DNA of 64,000 nt from Pirellula staleyi DSM 6068 (GTDB lineage Bacteria; Planctomycetota; Planctomycetia; Pirellulales; Pirellulaceae). Shown in pieces: positions 51,277-60,056 of this stretch; within the stretch, counting starts at the first letter, position 1, and every line of letters starts with the position of its first letter. The DNA is taken from the NCBI GenBank assembly GCA_000025185.1, contig CP001848.1, forward strand, positions 1,671,699 through 1,735,698. Reading direction: 5' to 3'. The translations under genes and the position numbers were made by a program. Below the pieces are notes generated by a model. That model was not told the DNA's origin and made no database searches. It saw only the letters and a program-made list of their open reading frames with translations.

Positions 51277-52014
51277 ATGAGTTACTCGAACCAGTTTTAC
51301 GAGGCTATTAACTCCGGCGCTAAGCAATCAGCACGCGCTCTACTGCCCCACTTGAGTCGAATTACCGCTATCCAAAGTGTGGCCGATTTTGGCTGCGGAC
51401 AAGGGGCGTGGCTCGCCGTTTGGAAAGAGCTGGGGGTGACAGAAATTTGTGGCGTCGATGGCGATTATGTCGATCGGGCCGAGTTGCTCATTCCGAGCGC
51501 TGCGTTTCAATCGGCCGACGTGAGCAAGCGTGTCGATTTGAATCGTCGCTTCGATCTCGTGCAAAGCTTCGAGGTCGCCGAGCATCTGCCGCACTTCGCT
51601 GCGGCCCAGTTCGTCGAAAACCTCACTTCGCACAGCGACTTTGTTGCCTTTTCTGCAGCGGTCCCGGGCCAACTCGGGGTGCATCACGTCAACGAAAAGC
51701 CATACCACTACTGGCAACATCATTTCGCCGATCAGGGCTACTTGATGCTCGACTGCGTCCGCCCGCACATTCACAACCAGTGCGATGTGGAGTGGTGGTA
51801 TCGCTACAACACATTTCTGTTCGTGAAGCACTCGCGTATCGCCGCACTCCCCGCCGAAGTTCGCGCGACAAAAGTGCCGATCGGTGCACCGATACGAGAC
51901 TACGCCTCGTCAACCATTCGTCTTGGTCGCCAAGTAACACGCTGGTTCCCGCGCTGGCTCAGCACACGCATCGCCAACGCATCGTTTGTCAGCAAAGCCA
52001 AACGCTCCGCCTAA
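51277..52014 (+). CDS. Class I SAM-dependent methyltransferase.
   Basis: VADFGCGQGAWLAVWKELGVTEICGVDG motif I, DLVQSFEVAEHLP motif II. Start ATG 51277; the ORF opens at 51223. Confidence 0.6.
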   Translation: MSYSNQFYEAINSGAKQSARALLPHLSRITAIQSVADFGCGQGAWLAVWKELGVTEICGVDGDYVDRAELLIPSAAFQSADVSKRVDLNRRFDLVQSFEVAEHLPHFAAAQFVENLTSHSDFVAFSAAVPGQLGVHHVNEKPYHYWQHHFADQGYLMLDCVRPHIHNQCDVEWWYRYNTFLFVKHSRIAALPAEVRATKVPIGAPIRDYASSTIRLGRQVTRWFPRWLSTRIANASFVSKAKRSA

Positions 52015-52202
52015 CGTCGATCAAGCTGGCTTCAGCCATCGAACACTCACCACTGCCGGTATCGCCGCGAACATTGCGGCTCTTCTTCCGGAATTGTCTT
52101 CGAGAGCTCGGACGCCTGAAATGACGGAATTACTTCGGCTGAAGCGGAATGCCTAGTCGTCCCTGCTGATCCACCTGATTTTCTACTCGCAGTCTTCCAG
52201 GT

Positions 52203-52895
52203 TTAAGTTGGCGAATCATTGTTATCGAGTGACTTCTCTTTCCAGCGAATAAAAATCACGATCGCCTCAGCCATCGCGTTCGAGAAGACACCAATCGCTG
52301 CAAGCAAAATGGCAATGAACGCGAAGGATATAGCCGCCACAATCGGTTCGGGCGACTGCATGGCTAGCAAAAATGCCAACAGGGCCAAAATCCCTAGGGC
52401 GACACTCAGGATCAGCATCAGTATTCCGAGAATATGCAAGAGGGAGCCAGAGAGCTTCAGCCAGTACGTATCGCTGAAACTTTCCGAATACGGTGGTGAC
52501 ATGCTCCCTAAATTAGCTGCGGGATCATGCATCGGCTGAGTAGGTTCAGAGTCGGCTCTTGCGGGGCGATAGGCGATCGGCTCGTAGCGCTGCCACCCCT
52601 CTTCTCTCGCGGCAGTTTCACGCGGCTGGGCATGCTCGCGCACCGAGCTGTCGCGGTAACTAACAGCAGCGGCGGAAATGATTGGGCCATCATCGAGCGC
52701 TTGCCAGCCGGGATCGCTCACCAGGTCTTCGTGAAACTCACCCGTCGCTACAAGAAACTCGCTCGTGATCGGGAAGACTTCGGCGCGCACGAGATCCCGA
52801 ATCTCGGGGCGCGTGAGTGGCCCCGTGATCGGCGCTGTGACATGTTTGCGTAGCCAATATTTTTGCACGACAGATATCCTCGAGGACCAAATCAA
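52203..52895 (-). CDS. DUF4339-like (GYF-like N-terminal domain) membrane protein with two C-terminal TM helices.
   Basis: KYWLRKHVTAPITGPLTRPEIRDLV resembles the DUF4339 motif (YW....G...GP.S...L..L). Hydrophobic LLHILGILMLILSVALGILALLAFLLA. Confidence 0.4.
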   Translation of the reverse strand: MIWSSRISVVQKYWLRKHVTAPITGPLTRPEIRDLVRAEVFPITSEFLVATGEFHEDLVSDPGWQALDDGPIISAAAVSYRDSSVREHAQPRETAAREEGWQRYEPIAYRPARADSEPTQPMHDPAANLGSMSPPYSESFSDTYWLKLSGSLLHILGILMLILSVALGILALLAFLLAMQSPEPIVAAISFAFIAILLAAIGVFSNAMAEAIVIFIRWKEKSLDNNDSPT

Positions 52896-53552
52896 TCAGG
52901 GCTGAGGGGGATCCACTGGGCGACCCTGCTGCTCCGCAAGATAAGCAATATCACTCGACGTCCGAACCACAAGCTCGATGAACTCAGCGAGGGCGAGACA
53001 GGTGACGCTGCCAATTAAAGTTTGTGCGAACATAAGAGCTCCCAACGTGAAAAGATTGGAGCTGGAGTTCGATACAGCCATCATCAAGACGATGATCGAA
53101 AGCGCTATCCCCATCGCAAGCAGAATTGCTAAAAGACGCAGCAAAACAGTTGCCAGTCCCATCCACCTGTAATGCCGAAGGACGTTTTGCCAGGAAAGGA
53201 TTGGTAAGTAGCCACCAAAGTGCGTAGGCAAAAAACGCGAGCGGTTAGCGCTTGGTCTTCGCTCTCGATTTTGAAGGTTCAGAGACTCTTCATGCTCGGC
53301 GTCAAGCGGCTCCATTGCGTCCGCGCCACGGCGTTCGATATCGGCTTGTCGTTTGAGCAGCTCGAATGTCGCTGGATCACCGAGTGTTATCCAAACAGCA
53401 TTATCGGCGGGAAGTTCAGCTGCTGCATCGGTCGCAGGAGAGATTCGCGCCAATGGAGAATACTCCTGCAATTTTAGTCCGGCCAAAACTTGCCGAGCAC
53501 TCACGGGACCGAGCAGCTGATTGCTCGGATGCAGCCGCAGCCAGTAGTTCAT
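52896..53552 (-). CDS. DUF4339-like membrane protein, tandem paralog of 52203-52895.
   Basis: MNYWLRLHPSNQLLGPVSARQVLAGLKLQEYSPLARI plus two C-terminal TM helices. Start ATG 53552. Its stop abuts the next gene's start. Confidence 0.4.
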   Translation of the reverse strand: MNYWLRLHPSNQLLGPVSARQVLAGLKLQEYSPLARISPATDAAAELPADNAVWITLGDPATFELLKRQADIERRGADAMEPLDAEHEESLNLQNRERRPSANRSRFLPTHFGGYLPILSWQNVLRHYRWMGLATVLLRLLAILLAMGIALSIIVLMMAVSNSSSNLFTLGALMFAQTLIGSVTCLALAEFIELVVRTSSDIAYLAEQQGRPVDPPQP

Positions 53553-53701
53553 TGCGCGTCTCCCACTCGCGGTGTGCGTAGCGACAGGGCTGCATTCAGG
53601 GACGCAGCCTTCAGAGACCACGATGGTAGCTCGCTAGTGGAGCAAAAGCACTACTAGAGAGGGTGGGATTTGCAGCAAACGCTGGCAAGCGCACTGCCGT
53701 G

Positions 53702-53938
53702 CTAGGAATCGTCGCGCACGGTGGGATCGTGGGGATGGCAGTGGGCCGAGCAGTCGGAGAGCCACTGGTCCATCGCAGCGCGGAAAGCAGTGGGAACTTG
53801 ATGCAGTTCTGCTGCCTCGAAAGTGATCAGCGTCTTGGTGCCGAGCAGTTCGCCACGATACAAGCCAGCCTCGGCATCGTAGGTAAAACTGGCCGAATAG
53901 CCTTTGTAGCGGAGCACATTATCGAGCGGCTGATTCAT
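53702..53938 (-). CDS. HicB-family type II antitoxin-like protein (N-terminal HicB-like domain only), orphan.
   Basis: LRYKGYSASFTYDAEAGLYRGELLGTKTLITFEAAELHQVPTAFRAAMDQWLSDC closely follows the HicB pattern (L.YKGY.G.VEYD.E....G.V.G..D.ITF.G.S..EL...F..S.DDYL..C). No hicA-sized ORF is adjacent. Confidence 0.6.
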   Translation of the reverse strand: MNQPLDNVLRYKGYSASFTYDAEAGLYRGELLGTKTLITFEAAELHQVPTAFRAAMDQWLSDCSAHCHPHDPTVRDDS

Positions 53939-53974
53939 CGGCGAGAGCTCGCAAACGCTGGGACAAAAAGAAAC

Positions 53975-54006
53975 GCGAGCCTGAAACAGTTCAGACTCGC
54001 GTTACT
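53975..54006 (-). terminator. Rho-independent terminator (minus strand) just outside the IS left end. Probably the displaced native terminator of the DUF1080 gene at 54901-55794.
   Basis: On the minus strand: aacgcgagtctgaactgtttcaggctcgcgtt followed by tctttttgtcc. Confidence 0.55.
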
Positions 54007-54042
54007 TAGTTTAGCGTGCTTGGAGAGGAGCTGAGGCCCTTA

Positions 54043-54901
54043 GAGCCAGTTATTGACTTTGTCTGTAGATTTTTGCGAGGAGTATGGTGAGGAAGGCGAG
54101 CCAGTGGAAGTTGGTGAGCGTGACGGTGAGTCTCTCATAATCACGCGCGAGACGGCGGAAGCGACTCAGCCAACCAAAGGTGCGCTCAACAACCCAGCGG
54201 CGTGGCAATAGGACAAAGCCTCGCTTGGTCTCGGTATGTTTTATAACTTGTAATCTTATCGAGGATGCTTCAGCCTGCTCGGCTGCTGCGGCGCCCGTAT
54301 AGCCTTGATCGACGTACGCTATCTCCACGTTGCTGCCCGTCACCTCTTGCACTCTCTGCGAGAGGATGGCGACTTGGTCGCGGTCTTGCTCATTGGCTGC
54401 AGTGATGTAAACCGCCAGCAGATTTCCCAGTGTATCGACGGCAATATTGGCCTTCGAACCCTTCTTTTTCTTCGCGCCGTCGTATCCCGCGCGGCCTCCA
54501 CTTTCAGGAGTCGATTGCAGCGTTCGAGCATCCATGATCACAGCGGTTGGCTGTTCGTCACGTCCTTCCAAAAGACGCACCATCAGCCTGAGGTCTTGCG
54601 CAATTTCCTCAAAGACTCCCGCTTCGAACCAGCGTCGCATTTGTTGATAGACGGCCCGCCACGGAGGCATTTCATGCGGCAGGAAGTCCCACTGGATTCC
54701 TGTTTTCACCACGTAGCGCATGGCGTTAAACTGGTCGCGCAGTGAATAGGCGCGCTGCGGCACATCCTCGCGCATGAGGCTTAAGTAAGGGAGCAGGAAT
54801 TCCCACTCCGCATCCGTTACGTCGCTGGGATACGACTTCCCTGTCGTGTGTTTCATCCCCTAACTACAGCAATTTCAAGCAGATAAGTCAATAACAGGCT
54901 C
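54043..54901. mobile_element. IS5-family insertion sequence (about 859 bp) with 17-19 bp imperfect terminal inverted repeats.
   Basis: Left end (t)agagccagttattgactt. Right end aagtcaataacaggctc(ta), whose revcomp is gagcctgttattgactt, giving 1 mismatch in 17. Flanking TA/TA is a possible 2-bp duplication. Single transposase ORF inside. Confidence 0.75.
54050..54856 (-). CDS. IS5-family DDE transposase.
   Basis: 268 aa. WEFLLPYL, MRYVVKTGIQWDFLP, AVIMDARTLQSTPESGG, VDTLGNLLAVYITAANEQDRD and FGWLSRFRRLARDYER are all typical of IS5/IS4-superfamily transposases. Confidence 0.85.
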   Translation of the reverse strand: MKHTTGKSYPSDVTDAEWEFLLPYLSLMREDVPQRAYSLRDQFNAMRYVVKTGIQWDFLPHEMPPWRAVYQQMRRWFEAGVFEEIAQDLRLMVRLLEGRDEQPTAVIMDARTLQSTPESGGRAGYDGAKKKKGSKANIAVDTLGNLLAVYITAANEQDRDQVAILSQRVQEVTGSNVEIAYVDQGYTGAAAAEQAEASSIRLQVIKHTETKRGFVLLPRRWVVERTFGWLSRFRRLARDYERLTVTLTNFHWLAFLTILLAKIYRQSQ

Positions 54902-55794
54902 TAGGGCTCGAGCTTCATGATTTCGACTTTGCGGAAATCGATCGGGTGGCTTTCGCTCTGGAGCGAAATCGTCCCTTCTTCGAGCAGCAGACCACCGTTC
55001 TTGGCGGCGAGCTCTTTGGCGTGGGGATCGCGGTCGTCGAGCTGCGGCTTATCGTAGCTCAGAACTTCCTCGCCATCGATCAAGTGACGAATCACCTTGC
55101 TGCCGCGCACTTCCATTTCCACCGTCACCCAGCCGTCGCCATGGTAGGTCTTGGACTTCGAGTTGGTGCAGTGCTGCGTGATCAGTTTGTCGTTCATCAC
55201 CACGTTGGTGCCAGGGGTGCAGAGATTGGCGGTGGTGCGATCGGCTTTGCCGTTTCCACCCAGGAATTGCACTTCGATCGAAGCGGGGAAATCTTGGTCT
55301 TTGCTCATGGTCGAAGGTTCTTCGCCATGCAGCATCGCGCCACTGTTGCGAGTGGCCCAGCCGGGACCACCAGGGCATTGATCGCCGACAAAGCGATACT
55401 CGATCCGAAGTTTGTAGTGCGAGAGCTTGTCTTTATAGAACAAGTGGCCGAACGTTTCGTTGAACTTGTCGTAGCCGTCGTAGCGGACCTTCAGCAAACC
55501 ATCTTCGACGCGAAACGTGTTGGCGAAATTATCGCCCGCTTCGTGATAGCGAATTTTGGGAGTCCAGCCGGTCAGGTCTTTGCCGTTGAATAGCTGAATC
55601 CACTCACCCTCGGACTTTGCTTCGGGCTTAGTTTCGGCTGCAGCGGGCGCTTGCTTCTTGGCTTCGAGCGAACCGGTCGAAACGAGGAGCGTGCCGAGGA
55701 TCACCGCGACAACGATCATCAGTGGGCCGAGAATCGCGCCACGGAGTGGCTGCTTTTCGGTGTCCCAATCGATCAATTTTCTGGTGCTGGGCAT
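54901..55794 (-). CDS. DUF1080 (3-keto-disaccharide hydrolase-like) protein with an N-terminal membrane anchor or signal.
   Basis: WIQLFNGKDLTGWTPK, FRVEDGLLKV and DQDFPASIEVQFLGG. The TAG stop at 54901-54903 is formed by the IS terminus plus the flanking TA. Confidence 0.75.
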   Translation of the reverse strand: MPSTRKLIDWDTEKQPLRGAILGPLMIVVAVILGTLLVSTGSLEAKKQAPAAAETKPEAKSEGEWIQLFNGKDLTGWTPKIRYHEAGDNFANTFRVEDGLLKVRYDGYDKFNETFGHLFYKDKLSHYKLRIEYRFVGDQCPGGPGWATRNSGAMLHGEEPSTMSKDQDFPASIEVQFLGGNGKADRTTANLCTPGTNVVMNDKLITQHCTNSKSKTYHGDGWVTVEMEVRGSKVIRHLIDGEEVLSYDKPQLDDRDPHAKELAAKNGGLLLEEGTISLQSESHPIDFRKVEIMKLEP

Positions 55795-56254
55795 GGGAGA
55801 GTTTCCTTCACAAACCTGGCGAGAGGAACGCTAGGCCGCATGTGGCGACCTCGGAACAATCAACCGTAGCTCACAAAATCGTGCCCCACGCGAGGGGGTA
55901 ATAGCGAGCAGCTGATTGTGTAAGTCGTTACAGGACAAGGACTCCCGCAGCCAGAGCCCGTCCCTAACAGACCTGTAATATACCCTTCTTCGGATGCGAC
56001 TTCCATGTACAAAACCGATCTCTTGGGAAACCTACGGAAATGTAATCTTCACTAGGCAGGTTCTCCGAGATACGGAAAATGCCCCTAGGCGCACAGGAGG
56101 AAAGCTGTCTTAATAAGGGCTTCCGTTTTGACCTGATCCTTTGTTCGTTTGCACCTTTGGGCATCTATTTAGCCCATCGGGGATTTCTCGCTGGCCTCCG
56201 TGTCTCAGCTTGCCGCAATCGGTCCTTGGATCGCTATTTCCCCAAGGGACCTGT

Positions 56255-58051
56255 ATGTCGTTTGAAGATTTGGGGCTTGCTGAGCCCCTCGTGCGCGCAC
56301 TCAACGCCGCCAACTACACCGAGCCTACCGCCATTCAGCTGCAAGCGATTCCACCGGCCATTGCCGGTCGCGACTTGCAAGGCTGTGCTCAAACCGGCAC
56401 CGGCAAGACCGCTGCCTTTGCACTTCCTCTCCTCGATCGTTTAATCAAGAACCCACGTCAAGGAAAATTGCGCGGTCGCCTGCCACGGGCCCTCGTCCTT
56501 TCCCCCACGCGCGAACTCGCCGGTCAAATCCACGACAGCGTGCGCCGCTATGGCCGCCATGCCATGCAAAACAGCCTCACCATCTACGGCGGCGTCAGCC
56601 AAGTGCCGCAGGTGAAGGGACTCAACGCCGGCCAGGATGTGCTGATCGCTACTCCCGGTCGTTTGTGCGACCTGATGCAGCAGGGCTATATCAACCTGAG
56701 CGAAATCGAAGTCTTCGTCCTCGACGAAGCCGACCGTATGCTCGACATGGGTTTCATGCCCGATATCCGTCGCATCATCGCCAAGTTGCCACAGCAGAAG
56801 CAAACGCTCCTGTTCTCGGCCACCATGCCTCCCGAGATTCAAAAGCTCGCGTCGCAGCTGTTGCACGACCCTGTCGAAATCAACATCGAACCCGAACGTG
56901 CCACGGCCGACGGCATCACCCAGAGCCTCTATTACGTTCCCACCAAGCACAAGCCAGAACTGCTCGCTTCGGTTTTGAAGCGTGAAGAAGTGACTCGCGC
57001 GGTGGTCTTCGTTCGTACGAAGCACGGCTGTAACAAAGCAGCTCTGCAACTCGAAAAGACCGGCCTCAAGGTCGATGCGATTCACGGCAACAAGAGCCAA
57101 TCGGCCCGTCAACGGACGCTCTATGCGTTCAAGAACGGCCACATCCAAGTCCTGGTAGCAACCGACGTTGCTGCTCGTGGGCTCGATGTCACGGGCGTCT
57201 CGCACGTGATCAACTACGACCTGCCGATGGAACCTGAAACCTACGTCCACCGCATTGGTCGTACGGGACGCGCTGGCAAGAGTGGCATCGCCATTTCGTT
57301 CTGTGATGACGAACAGCGTGGCCTGCTCCGCGATGTGCAGCGCATTCTCGGCAAAAAGATCCCTGTCGAAAACGAAATGCCCGACGGCATTCCTGGCCTG
57401 CCTGCCAACATCGATCGCGATGGCGGTGCTAAGCGTGCTCCTTGGGGCAACAAGAAGCCGTTCCGCGCTGGTCCTGGTGGCGGTGGCGGATATGGTGGCG
57501 GCAATCGTAGTTCGGGTGGAAGTGGCGGCAGCCGTGGCTTTGGTGGGCGTAAGCCTTACCGAAGTGGTGGCGATCGCGACGGCCAAGGTGGTGGCTACGG
57601 CGCACCACGTGATGGCGGTTCGCGCGAAGGTGGCTATGGCCGCCCTCAAGGCGAACGTCCAGCTCGTCCTCAGCGCCCCTCGAATGAACGTGGCTACGAC
57701 GGTGGCTACGAACAAACGCCCGCTGAAATCGTGGCCCGCGAAGGTCTCGGCGAAGGTGCTCCCCGCTCGGCAGGCCCACGACCCGCTGGTCGTCCTGCTG
57801 GCCCCGGTGCACCAGCTGCAGCCCAAGGTGGCCCCCGCAAGTTCGCTGGCCCGAAGGGCAAAAAGCCTTTCGGCGCTAAGCCCAGCGGCTATCGCAGTGG
57901 TGAAGGCCGTAGCGAATACCGTGGCGGTGGCAACCGACGTCCCGAAGGGGTAGGCCCCAATGGCGAGAAGCCGTTTGGTGCTAAGCGTTTTGCCGTGAAG
58001 CGAAAATTCAAGCCGAAGAGCAACAAGCCAGCCCCTGCGGCAGGCACGTAA
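56255..58051 (+). CDS. DEAD-box ATP-dependent RNA helicase (RhlE-like) with a long Gly/Arg-rich (RGG-type) C-terminal tail.
   Basis: Q-motif (TAIQLQAIP), AQTGTGKT, DEAD (VLDEADRMLDMGF), SAT, HRIGRTGRAG, then GGGGGYGGGNRSSGGSGGSRGFGGR... Confidence 0.9.
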   Translation: MSFEDLGLAEPLVRALNAANYTEPTAIQLQAIPPAIAGRDLQGCAQTGTGKTAAFALPLLDRLIKNPRQGKLRGRLPRALVLSPTRELAGQIHDSVRRYGRHAMQNSLTIYGGVSQVPQVKGLNAGQDVLIATPGRLCDLMQQGYINLSEIEVFVLDEADRMLDMGFMPDIRRIIAKLPQQKQTLLFSATMPPEIQKLASQLLHDPVEINIEPERATADGITQSLYYVPTKHKPELLASVLKREEVTRAVVFVRTKHGCNKAALQLEKTGLKVDAIHGNKSQSARQRTLYAFKNGHIQVLVATDVAARGLDVTGVSHVINYDLPMEPETYVHRIGRTGRAGKSGIAISFCDDEQRGLLRDVQRILGKKIPVENEMPDGIPGLPANIDRDGGAKRAPWGNKKPFRAGPGGGGGYGGGNRSSGGSGGSRGFGGRKPYRSGGDRDGQGGGYGAPRDGGSREGGYGRPQGERPARPQRPSNERGYDGGYEQTPAEIVAREGLGEGAPRSAGPRPAGRPAGPGAPAAAQGGPRKFAGPKGKKPFGAKPSGYRSGEGRSEYRGGGNRRPEGVGPNGEKPFGAKRFAVKRKFKPKSNKPAPAAGT

Positions 58052-58097
58052 TCAGCTCGGCCCAGCGCCGCTGATGCTGCTTCGATAAAAACCACTC

Positions 58098-58140
58098 GGG
58101 AAGTGACTTGATACCTTCAGGTCACTTCCCTTTTTCGTTT
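58098..58140 (+). terminator. Rho-independent terminator after the helicase gene.
   Basis: gggaagtgac-N13-gtcacttccc followed by tttttcgttttctt. Confidence 0.7.
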
Positions 58141-58187
58141 TCTTGCTGGTCCCGCTGATGCCTGTCTATAATCAACCCAAAGGTTGA

Positions 58188-58541
58188 TTGTTTATGGTCC
58201 AGGCAAAGCAAAAACCATCCCCCGACGACTTGCTCGACGCGGCCATGCTAGCGCTTGCTGATCCGACGCGCCGGCAGATCTTGCGGCGACTTGCCCGGGG
58301 CGAAGCGCGCGTGACTGAGCTTGCGCAGCCCTTTGCCATGTCGCTAAATGCCGTCTCGAAGCATATCAAACTGCTCGAGCGGGCCGGACTTGTCGAGCGC
58401 ACACGTGTGGGGCGCGAGCACTACCTGCGTTTCCGTCCCGCAGCTCTACGGCGCGTGCAACTTTGGATCGAGAAACAGCAAGCGTTCTGGAAGGCGGGCC
58501 TCGCAGCACTCGATGAACTGCTCAACCAAGAAGATGAATAA
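58188..58541 (+). CDS. ArsR/SmtB-family winged-helix transcriptional regulator.
   Basis: LADPTRRQILRRLARGEARVTELAQPFAMSLNAVSKHIKLLERAGLV HTH. Start may be 58194. Confidence 0.75.
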   Translation: MFMVQAKQKPSPDDLLDAAMLALADPTRRQILRRLARGEARVTELAQPFAMSLNAVSKHIKLLERAGLVERTRVGREHYLRFRPAALRRVQLWIEKQQAFWKAGLAALDELLNQEDE

Positions 58542-59022
58542 CCTCGCAGTCGATACTCGGGAACGAACCCTCATGACAAGCCAAGTGGAAGCCTGCACCA
58601 GCCATGATTTTTCGGCCTCCGCCGAGCGAGTGTACGACGCCTGGCTTCAGCCCGAGCAGGTGCGCGTCTGGATGAGCGCCGCGCTCCGTTCGTTGGGTCT
58701 GCCAGGGGAAATCGTGAGTATCGAAATCGATCCCCGCGTCGGTGGTAAGTTCCTCTTTTCCGATTTGCGGGGCGAGGTGGAAGCCAAACACTGGGGGACC
58801 TACCTCGAACTCGATCGGCCTCGCAAGATTGTGTTCACCTGGATCGTCGATGCCAGTGGCGAGGCTGATCCGTCGGTCGTCACACTCTCGATCGAACCAC
58901 GCGACAACGGGTGCCGCGCCTCGATTGTGCATCAGATGGATGTGAAGTGGATCGAGTACGTTTCGCGCACCGAAGCAGGCTGGGCTCGGATGCTTGCCCA
59001 AATGGGTGTGCTACTCGGGTAG
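58534..59022 (+). CDS. SRPBCC (Aha1/polyketide-cyclase-like) domain protein; overlaps the arsR stop by 8 nt.
   Basis: About 160 aa. The ArsR plus SRPBCC pairing is common. No diagnostic motif beyond size and pattern. Start could also be 58573. Confidence 0.45.
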   Translation: MNNLAVDTRERTLMTSQVEACTSHDFSASAERVYDAWLQPEQVRVWMSAALRSLGLPGEIVSIEIDPRVGGKFLFSDLRGEVEAKHWGTYLELDRPRKIVFTWIVDASGEADPSVVTLSIEPRDNGCRASIVHQMDVKWIEYVSRTEAGWARMLAQMGVLLG

Positions 59023-59090
59023 CCACTGATGAGCGGCCGATCAGCAGAGATTTGTTTGCAATCGCGGCGCTCGTCAGCGTATGATCCGGC

Positions 59091-59885
59091 GTGCAGCGAC
59101 GAAGCATTTTGCCAGTCGCTCACCCCACCTCTCGATCCTACCGCGATTGTTCTCGTATCCAAGGATTTGCTCCTGTGAAGTGCATTGCCTGGTTTGCTGC
59201 TACGCTCGTTCTTGTTGCTTCCACCGCGCTGGCGGAGGACGAACCCAAAAAAGCGTTCATCGATGGTTCGGGCGAGGGCTGGGTCGCTCTCGGGGAAGCT
59301 GATTTCAAAAACGTCAACTGCTTCGAAGACACCTGGAAGTGGAAAGAAGGGGTTGCCTACTGCACCGGCAAACCGGTCGGTGTGATTCGCAGCGTGAAGG
59401 ACTACACCAATTTCGAACTCGTCGCCGAGTGGCAGCACGAAAAGTTCGCCGGCAACTCCGGGATCTTCTTGTGGACCATTGAAGATTCACTCGCCACGCT
59501 CAAGCCGGGCGGACTTCCCCAAGGGATCGAAGTGCAAGTGCTCGACCTAGGCTATGCCGAGCAGTACGAAAAATCGACCGGCAAAAAGCCCGATTGGTTC
59601 ACTTGCCATGGCGATGTGTTTCCTGTCGGTGCCGCCAAGATGAAGCCCTTCCCACCCGTTGCTCCCAACGGTTCGCGCGCGTTCCCCAAGAAGGAACTCT
59701 CAAAAGGAGCAGGCGAGTGGAACCACTACTACATCCGCGCGATCAACGGCGAAGTTCGCCTCTGGGTCAACGGTGAAGAGGTGACCGGCGGCACCGGTTG
59801 TAGCCCAGCCAAAGGCCCGATCTGCCTCGAGTCGGAAGGCTCCCCTGTGATCTTCAAGAACCTCAAGATCCGCGAACTGCCCTAA
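59091..59885 (+). CDS. DUF1080 (3-keto-disaccharide hydrolase-like) secreted protein, third paralog in the window.
   Basis: FKNVNCFEDTWKWKEGVAYCTG, DYTNFELVAEWQHEK, NSGIFLW. Signal peptide KCIAWFAATLVLVASTALA. Real start probably GTG 59176. Confidence 0.75.
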   Translation: MQRRSILPVAHPTSRSYRDCSRIQGFAPVKCIAWFAATLVLVASTALAEDEPKKAFIDGSGEGWVALGEADFKNVNCFEDTWKWKEGVAYCTGKPVGVIRSVKDYTNFELVAEWQHEKFAGNSGIFLWTIEDSLATLKPGGLPQGIEVQVLDLGYAEQYEKSTGKKPDWFTCHGDVFPVGAAKMKPFPPVAPNGSRAFPKKELSKGAGEWNHYYIRAINGEVRLWVNGEEVTGGTGCSPAKGPICLESEGSPVIFKNLKIRELP

Positions 59886-59977
59886 GGCAAAGGACGAGAG
59901 TCGGGAGGCGAAAGAAATCGCTAGTGCAGTAGCGTCCCTGCCAACGAACTCGACAACTCGTAAGCCAAGAAACGACA

Positions 59978-60023
59978 ACACCGCTGAGGGCCCCGATGAA
60001 GTGGCTCGCAGCGGTGTTTTTTT
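59978..60023 (+). terminator. Rho-independent terminator.
   Basis: aacaccgctg-N21-cagcggtg followed by ttttttt. Confidence 0.65.
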
Positions 60024-60056
60024 GTGCTTGTTTGCGATTCGAAGAGCGCAGCAAAC

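Noticed and set aside
53553-54041. A hicA toxin gene adjacent to the HicB-like gene.
   Set aside because: Only about 150 bp and about 100 bp of non-coding DNA flank the hicB-like ORF on the same strand. No ORF with HicA-like features was found in any frame. The opposite-strand ORF 53663-54034 is antisense low-complexity.
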